Shown here: piece after piece, positions 27,546-32,000 of the stretch
How positions within the stretch are numbered: the first letter of the stretch is position 1
How the letters are laid out: every line of letters starts with the position of its first letter
Source of the DNA: Legionellaceae bacterium
GTDB taxonomy: Bacteria > Pseudomonadota > Gammaproteobacteria > Legionellales > Legionellaceae
Assembly: GCA_030696305.1 (NCBI GenBank)
Contig: JAUYSP010000058.1
Coordinates: 1-32,000, forward strand
Reading direction: 5' to 3'
Length of the DNA: 32,000 nucleotides
Program-made: the position numbers and the translations under genes
Notes under the pieces: generated by a model
Databases searched by the model: none
What the model was told of the DNA's origin: nothing
Seen by the model: only the letters and a program-made list of their open reading frames with translations

Positions 27546-28124
27546 ATGAGCAATGTAACAACACTTGATGAGAACGAGCATCTAGTTCATGAAAAACCAG
27601 GCGCACAGTTAGCGGCACAGCGTGCTTTGATGGATTATACTCCCGAATATGTTGCTAGTAAGTTGCATTTACGCGTTCGTATCATCGAGTTACTCGAAGC
27701 CGATGATTATCAAAATATGCCAGAACCTGTATTTATTAAAGGGTATATTCGAGCTTATGCCAAATTATTAGGCATACCTTCTGAGCCGCTATTAGATACA
27801 TTTAACCGCCTCTATTCAGGAGAGCGAAAATTAGAAAAAGCTTTATGGCAAAGTCGACGTGAGACAAATAAAGCAGAACATGTGGTTCGTTGGCTAACAA
27901 CAGTGTTTGCTGTTGCGGTCTTAGTTGCTGTTGCGATGTGGTGGCAAGCGAATAAAGAAAATGAACATATTTTCCCAGCAAATTTAAAGCATGCTGAAGT
28001 ATCGTCCCATAATCAATCCGAAACAGAAATTCGTTTAACGGATCTATCAAAGATGCGCTCACTGCTTTCATCAACTGAACAACATGCTGAAGCAGAAACG
28101 GACATGGAGATCAAAGGTGGTTGA
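27546..28124 (+). CDS. rodZ: RodZ-like cytoskeleton protein (HTH + TM), short form lacking the C-terminal periplasmic domain
   Basis: HTH region LAAQRALMDYTPEYVASKLHLRVRIIELLE, FIKGYIRAYAKLLGI, and TM segment VVRWLTTVFAVAVLVAVAMWW. Only ~57 aa follow the TM. Confidence 0.8.
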   Translation: MSNVTTLDENEHLVHEKPGAQLAAQRALMDYTPEYVASKLHLRVRIIELLEADDYQNMPEPVFIKGYIRAYAKLLGIPSEPLLDTFNRLYSGERKLEKALWQSRRETNKAEHVVRWLTTVFAVAVLVAVAMWWQANKENEHIFPANLKHAEVSSHNQSETEIRLTDLSKMRSLLSSTEQHAEAETDMEIKGG

Positions 28125-29424
28125 ACGTATTCAAGCCATTCGGGGTATGAACGATATTTTGCCTGAACAAAGTTATGCTTGGCGAAATCTCGAATCCATT
28201 TTTGCACAATGCTTGCAATCCTATGGTTATCAAGAAATTCGTCTTCCATTGTTAGAAAGCACCCAATTGTTTAAACGAACAATAGGGGAAGTGACGGATA
28301 TTGTTGAAAAAGAAATGTATACCTTTAATGATTTGAATGAGGAAAGTATTAGTTTACGTCCGGAAGGCACAGCAGGGTGTGTCAGAGCATGTTTAGAACA
28401 TGGTTTATTACATAATCAACAGCAAAAACTGTGGTACACCGGCCCTATGTTTCGCCATGAAAAACCACAAAAAGGGCGATATCGGCAATTTAATCAATTT
28501 GGTGTTGAGGCTTTTGGAATTCCAGGTGTTGGTATCGAACTTGAATTAATTCTGATTTGTAAACGCTTATGGGCTACTTTAGGTGTGGCTGATTCCGTAC
28601 ATTTAGAGATCAATACATTAGGTGAGCTGTCTGAGCGTCAAGCATATCGACAATTGTTAATTGATTATTTTAAATCTCATAACTCAATGCTTGATGAAGA
28701 TAGTAAACGACGCTTGGATAGAAGCCCAATGCGTATTTTAGATAGTAAAAATCCTGACATGAAATCATTAATACAAAATGCTCCCAAATTAATTGATGTG
28801 TTAAGTGAAACCAGTCGCAATCATTTCAACGAGTTGTGTGCAGGTTTGGATGCTTTAGGGGTTGCCTATCGAGTTAATCCGGTATTGGTTCGTGGTTTAG
28901 ATTATTATGGGCATACCGTATTTGAATGGGTGACAGAGCATCTAGGAAGCCAGGCAACAGTTTGTGCGGGTGGTCGATTTGATAAATTGATAGAACAATT
29001 AGGAGGCAACTCAAGCCCCGCAGTGGGATTTGCTTTAGGTGTTGAGCGATTATTGTTGCTTCAAGAATCAGTAGGTGTAAACTCTCAGCAAGAACCCGCA
29101 TCAGATGTATTTATTATTACAGATGGATTCAATGCATTACAACGAGCGTTAGTCTTAGCTGAATCATTACGAAATGCCTGTGATTTGAATGTAACGGTTA
29201 ATACTAGCGATGCTCGATTTAAAAGCCAATTTAAAAGAGCGGATAAAAGTGGTGCGCGATTAGCACTTATTTTAGGTGAGGATGAATTAACACAACAGAT
29301 AATCGGCGTGAAAGATTTGCGCCAGACAGTAGAACAAAAAAATATAAATCAATCTGATTTAAATGAATACCTTAAGTCTTTTTTTGCAGGAGAGGAACAT
29401 GTCTGTTTACATGACAGAAGCTGA
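28117..29424 (+). CDS. hisS: histidine--tRNA ligase
   Basis: IQAIRGMNDILP, RPEGTAGCVR, GPMFRHEKPQKGRYRQFNQ (motif 2) and CAGGRFD (motif 3). The GTG at 28117 with GGAGA 6 nt upstream fits the HisS N-terminus better than the ORF-track ATG at 28084. Confidence 0.95.
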   Translation: MVERIQAIRGMNDILPEQSYAWRNLESIFAQCLQSYGYQEIRLPLLESTQLFKRTIGEVTDIVEKEMYTFNDLNEESISLRPEGTAGCVRACLEHGLLHNQQQKLWYTGPMFRHEKPQKGRYRQFNQFGVEAFGIPGVGIELELILICKRLWATLGVADSVHLEINTLGELSERQAYRQLLIDYFKSHNSMLDEDSKRRLDRSPMRILDSKNPDMKSLIQNAPKLIDVLSETSRNHFNELCAGLDALGVAYRVNPVLVRGLDYYGHTVFEWVTEHLGSQATVCAGGRFDKLIEQLGGNSSPAVGFALGVERLLLLQESVGVNSQQEPASDVFIITDGFNALQRALVLAESLRNACDLNVTVNTSDARFKSQFKRADKSGARLALILGEDELTQQIIGVKDLRQTVEQKNINQSDLNEYLKSFFAGEEHVCLHDRS

Positions 29425-30055
29425 ACAAGTTGAGTTAATTAAATCATGGTGGAAACGTTATAATGGCATTATTACCGTGTGTCTGTCGCTTGTTTTGCTT
29501 GTAGTAGCCGGGTTTAAATACTGGCATTGGCATCAAGAAAAAGTGGTTGAACAAGCATCGAATGCATATGAACATCTGATGTTAGCCTTTTCGAATCAGG
29601 ATACTAAATCGGTACGAAGTTATTCTAATCAACTTGTAACGGACTATGGCGATACGGTTTACGCGGATGCTGCTCGTTTAACCTTAGCTAAGCTAGATGT
29701 GGCGAATGAAAAATATAAACGAGCTCGTGAAACATTAGAATATGTTGCTGCTCATTCAAAAATGAAGGTATTTGCTGATGTAGCTCGAATTCGGCTTGCT
29801 AGACTATTAATTGAAGAAAAAGCATACGACAATGCATTGAGCGAGCTGGATAAAGTTATAAATACCGCTTATTTTCCAGTAGTTAATGAGTTGCGTGGTG
29901 ATATTTATTCTGTTACGGGACGTTATCAACAAGCGGTTACTCATTACCGCAAAGCAATGAATGAAGTGCAAAAAAATGGCATGGGTAATTTGTTTCTTGA
30001 AATGAAATCCAATGAATTACTTGCGTTGACAAAGTCTACACAAGTATTAGGTTAA
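29399..30055 (+). CDS. yfgM: YfgM-like membrane-anchored TPR-like protein
   Basis: MSVYMTEAEQVELIKSWWKRYNG followed by a TM segment parallels the E. coli YfgM N-terminus. AGGAGAGG RBS. Conserved position between hisS and bamB. Confidence 0.85.
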   Translation: MSVYMTEAEQVELIKSWWKRYNGIITVCLSLVLLVVAGFKYWHWHQEKVVEQASNAYEHLMLAFSNQDTKSVRSYSNQLVTDYGDTVYADAARLTLAKLDVANEKYKRARETLEYVAAHSKMKVFADVARIRLARLLIEEKAYDNALSELDKVINTAYFPVVNELRGDIYSVTGRYQQAVTHYRKAMNEVQKNGMGNLFLEMKSNELLALTKSTQVLG

Positions 30056-30071
30056 AAGTCAGGGAGGGCTT

Positions 30072-31241
30072 ATGCAAGTTGTACGATTATTAGTTTTATT
30101 GGGGTATTGTATTTTTTTACAAGCTTGTTCGCAGGTAGATGATTATATCTTGGGTAAAGATAATACACCAAAACCTAAAGAGCTCACAGCCATTGTATCT
30201 AAAGTAGATGTAACTAGTGTTTGGTCTAGACCTGTAGGAAAAGCTAGTAAAACAAATACCTATTTGAAATTAAAACCTGTTGTACGATCACAGGTAATTT
30301 ATACGGCAGATGCCAGTGGTTTGATCCAAGCAGCGGATCTGAAAAATGGAAATTTGCTATGGTCAAAACAGGTTGATCATCCTGTAGTCAGTGGCCCAAC
30401 TATTGCCGAAGGATATATTATTGTTGGTACAGATTCCTCTACGATTGTATTACTTAAGCAAGCTACGGGACAAGTTGTCTGGGAAGCTCATTTGTCCGAA
30501 GATGCCTTATCCAAATCAATTATTGTTAATCATCAAGTAATTGCTAAAACGATCGATGGCAATTTATACGCATTTGACCTAGCAACAGGTAAGAAAAATT
30601 GGGTTTCTAAGCATGGTGCGCCTAATTTAATATTGAAAGCAAGTTCTTCACCGATTCGCATGGGCGAGTTAATCTTAGTTGGATTTTCAGATGGAAAACT
30701 TGATGCTGTTGATGTAAATACTGGCCGTGTAGTTTGGCAACGTAGTATTGCATATGCAACCGGCGCAAGTGATGTGGAGCGTTTAGTTGATATTGATGCC
30801 GACCCAATCGTGCGTAATAACATCGTTTATTTAGCAAGTTATCAAGGTTATGTTGGCGCATTAGGCTTAGAGAATGGTCAATTTATTTGGAATAAACCCG
30901 GTTCGGTTTATAAAAATATGGCAATTGATTCAAATACATTATATGTAACCGATAGCCAAGATGTGCTGCGAGGATTTGATCTGAATAATGGTCAAGTTAA
31001 ATGGAAGCAAATTTCATTAAAAGCACATGGTTTGACCGAACCAGTACTAATGGGCAATCGATTGATTGTTTGTGATAAAACAGGCTATTTACACGTTGTT
31101 TCAACACATACAGGGGAACTTGTCGGACGTAAGAAACTAGGGTCCGCTGTGAACATTTCCCCCGTGGTTGCTGGTGACACAGTGTATGTAATGTTAGCCA
31201 ATGGTTCATTACAGGCGTTGAAGATTACTTCTAAAATCTGA
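30072..31241 (+). CDS. bamB: outer membrane protein assembly factor BamB
   Basis: Lipobox IFLQACS. Repeated PQQ-like beta-propeller blades (G.L.A.D..TG...W pattern, e.g. GNLYAFDLATGKKNW, GKLDAVDVNTGRVVW, LRGFDLNNGQVKW). Confidence 0.93.
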   Translation: MQVVRLLVLLGYCIFLQACSQVDDYILGKDNTPKPKELTAIVSKVDVTSVWSRPVGKASKTNTYLKLKPVVRSQVIYTADASGLIQAADLKNGNLLWSKQVDHPVVSGPTIAEGYIIVGTDSSTIVLLKQATGQVVWEAHLSEDALSKSIIVNHQVIAKTIDGNLYAFDLATGKKNWVSKHGAPNLILKASSSPIRMGELILVGFSDGKLDAVDVNTGRVVWQRSIAYATGASDVERLVDIDADPIVRNNIVYLASYQGYVGALGLENGQFIWNKPGSVYKNMAIDSNTLYVTDSQDVLRGFDLNNGQVKWKQISLKAHGLTEPVLMGNRLIVCDKTGYLHVVSTHTGELVGRKKLGSAVNISPVVAGDTVYVMLANGSLQALKITSKI

Positions 31242-31250
31242 AGCAACGTC

Positions 31251-31326
31251 ATCCCGAACGTAGTGAGGGATCTCCGAAATTTGACGCGGATCAAGTCAGT
31301 TGGAGATCCCTCACTGCGTTCGGGAT
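31251..31326. repeat. long inverted repeat / palindromic element between convergent bamB and tsaD
   Basis: The arm atcccgaacgtagtgagggatctcc (31251-31275) is the reverse complement of ggagatccctcactgcgttcgggat (31302-31326) with one mismatch. 26-nt loop. Confidence 0.85.
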
Positions 31327-31416
31327 AGCGTATCTGGGGAGTTACGTTTAGCTTTATTCCGGTACTTCTTCCGGACGGTTCATCCGAGATATTATTACTA
31401 CCAATTCAATATGTGT

Positions 31417-32000
31417 TCAATCGCTTAATGGCCACCGCGCTTTAACATCAATTGCAAGCGTATTATCTTGATTACCTTTTAGTAGATGCATGCAGCCGGT
31501 GTAGGCAATCATGGCTCCGTTATCCGTACAATACTCTAAACGAGGAAAATAGACATTGCCATTAAGTGAGGTCATCATGTCTAACAATCGTGATCGCAAT
31601 GCCTGATTAGCTCCTACGCCACCGGCTACTACCAACCGGTTATGCCTGGTTTGTTGAAGGGCGCGTTTACATTTAATAATTAATGTTTCCACTACGGCAT
31701 CTTGAAAAGCTTTTGCAATGCCTTGGCGTGAACAATCGCTTTGGTCACTTTGCCGCCAAGCAGTTAGGGCGTGAGTTTTTAAACCACTGAAACTAAAGTC
31801 TAATCCAGGCCGATCAGTCATAGGCCTGGGGAAGGGAGGGAATAACGGGGTTTGCTCCGATGCCATATCCGCCAATTTTGCGAGCGCAGCACCTCCTGGA
31901 TAAGGTAATCCCATGAGTTTAGCTGTTTTATCAAATGCTTCTCCAACAGCGTCATCCAAGGTATCGCCTAACAATTGATAATCTCCTAAAGCACGAGCTT
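31417..32000 (-). CDS. tsaD: tRNA N6-adenosine threonylcarbamoyltransferase TsaD (C-terminal part; continues beyond window end)
   Basis: [50 protein letters not shown] and [10 protein letters not shown] are collinear with E. coli TsaD. The frame is open to position 32000. Confidence 0.95.
   Translation of the reverse strand, partial: ARALGDYQLLGDTLDDAVGEAFDKTAKLMGLPYPGGAALAKLADMASEQTPLFPPFPRPMTDRPGLDFSFSGLKTHALTAWRQSDQSDCSRQGIAKAFQDAVVETLIIKCKRALQQTRHNRLVVAGGVGANQALRSRLLDMMTSLNGNVYFPRLEYCTDNGAMIAYTGCMHLLKGNQDNTLAIDVKARWPLSD

Noticed and set aside
28084-28116. ATG-initiated extension of hisS (MLKQKRTWRSK)
   Set aside because: The HisS family N-terminus aligns from VERIQAIRGMND, and the GTG at 28117 has a GGAGA RBS at proper spacing. 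The extension lies wholly inside rodZ.
1349-30861. Short ORFs nested in or antisense to larger genes (e.g. 1349-1546, 3565-3801, 6653-6835, 9663-10010, 9885-10082, 13190-13378, 13552-13767, 14688-15029, 16816-17289, 17734-18045, 18244-18426, 19070-19312, 20289-20486, 21220-21453, 23016-23321, 24733-24951, 25204-25434, 27088-27303, 27802-28249, 28874-29101, 30533-31294)
   Set aside because: Each lies within or overlaps a much longer ORF that has strong family motifs or better coding support. None has its own RBS or recognisable motif, so they are treated as shadow ORFs.
1-32000. CRISPR arrays, IS elements or transposases, rRNA, toxin-antitoxin pairs, known defence-system genes
   Set aside because: Reading both strands, I found no regularly spaced direct repeats, no transposase-like ORFs, no rRNA-like sequence and no small paired ORFs of TA type. 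Absence is by eye only and should be confirmed computationally.

Overview
AT-rich chromosomal segment from a gammaproteobacterium. My guess is a Legionellales/Legionella-like organism, based on gene order, a pilW-containing housekeeping cluster and many orphan genes; I cannot verify this without a database.

The right two thirds (12.4-32 kb) is mostly recognisable housekeeping: ipdC-like TPP decarboxylase, maf, nadA, nadB, purB, ubiC-ubiA, deoC, a 4HBT thioesterase, then ndk-rlmN-pilW-rodZ-hisS-yfgM-bamB and a convergent partial tsaD. The left third (1-12.4 kb) looks accessory:
- a tightly packed block of unknown-function ORFs (340 aa, an 892 aa membrane-anchored protein, and a partial ORF)
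- bcp, a GrpB-GNAT fusion, a photolyase, an arylamine N-acetyltransferase and an Omp25/31-like beta-barrel protein
- a ~2 kb degraded integrative islet at tRNA-Leu(CAA), with an integrase N-terminal relic, a tRNA 3'-end-like repeat and one AT-rich 478 aa cargo gene carrying GT-B/EarP-like motifs

Orphan genes are also wedged into conserved operons: a 530 aa Nudix-like/HAD fusion, a 186 aa membrane protein and a 175 aa protein between rlmN and pilW. The conserved ndk...bamB cluster lacks ispG and der. rodZ is C-terminally short and overlaps hisS, and a 25-bp-arm inverted repeat follows bamB.

I saw no rRNA, CRISPR array, intact transposase or IS element. The best candidates for something undescribed are the 340/892 aa pair, the islet cargo protein and the Nudix-like/HAD fusion. 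All are plausible secreted-effector-type proteins, and all functional calls for them are inference only.
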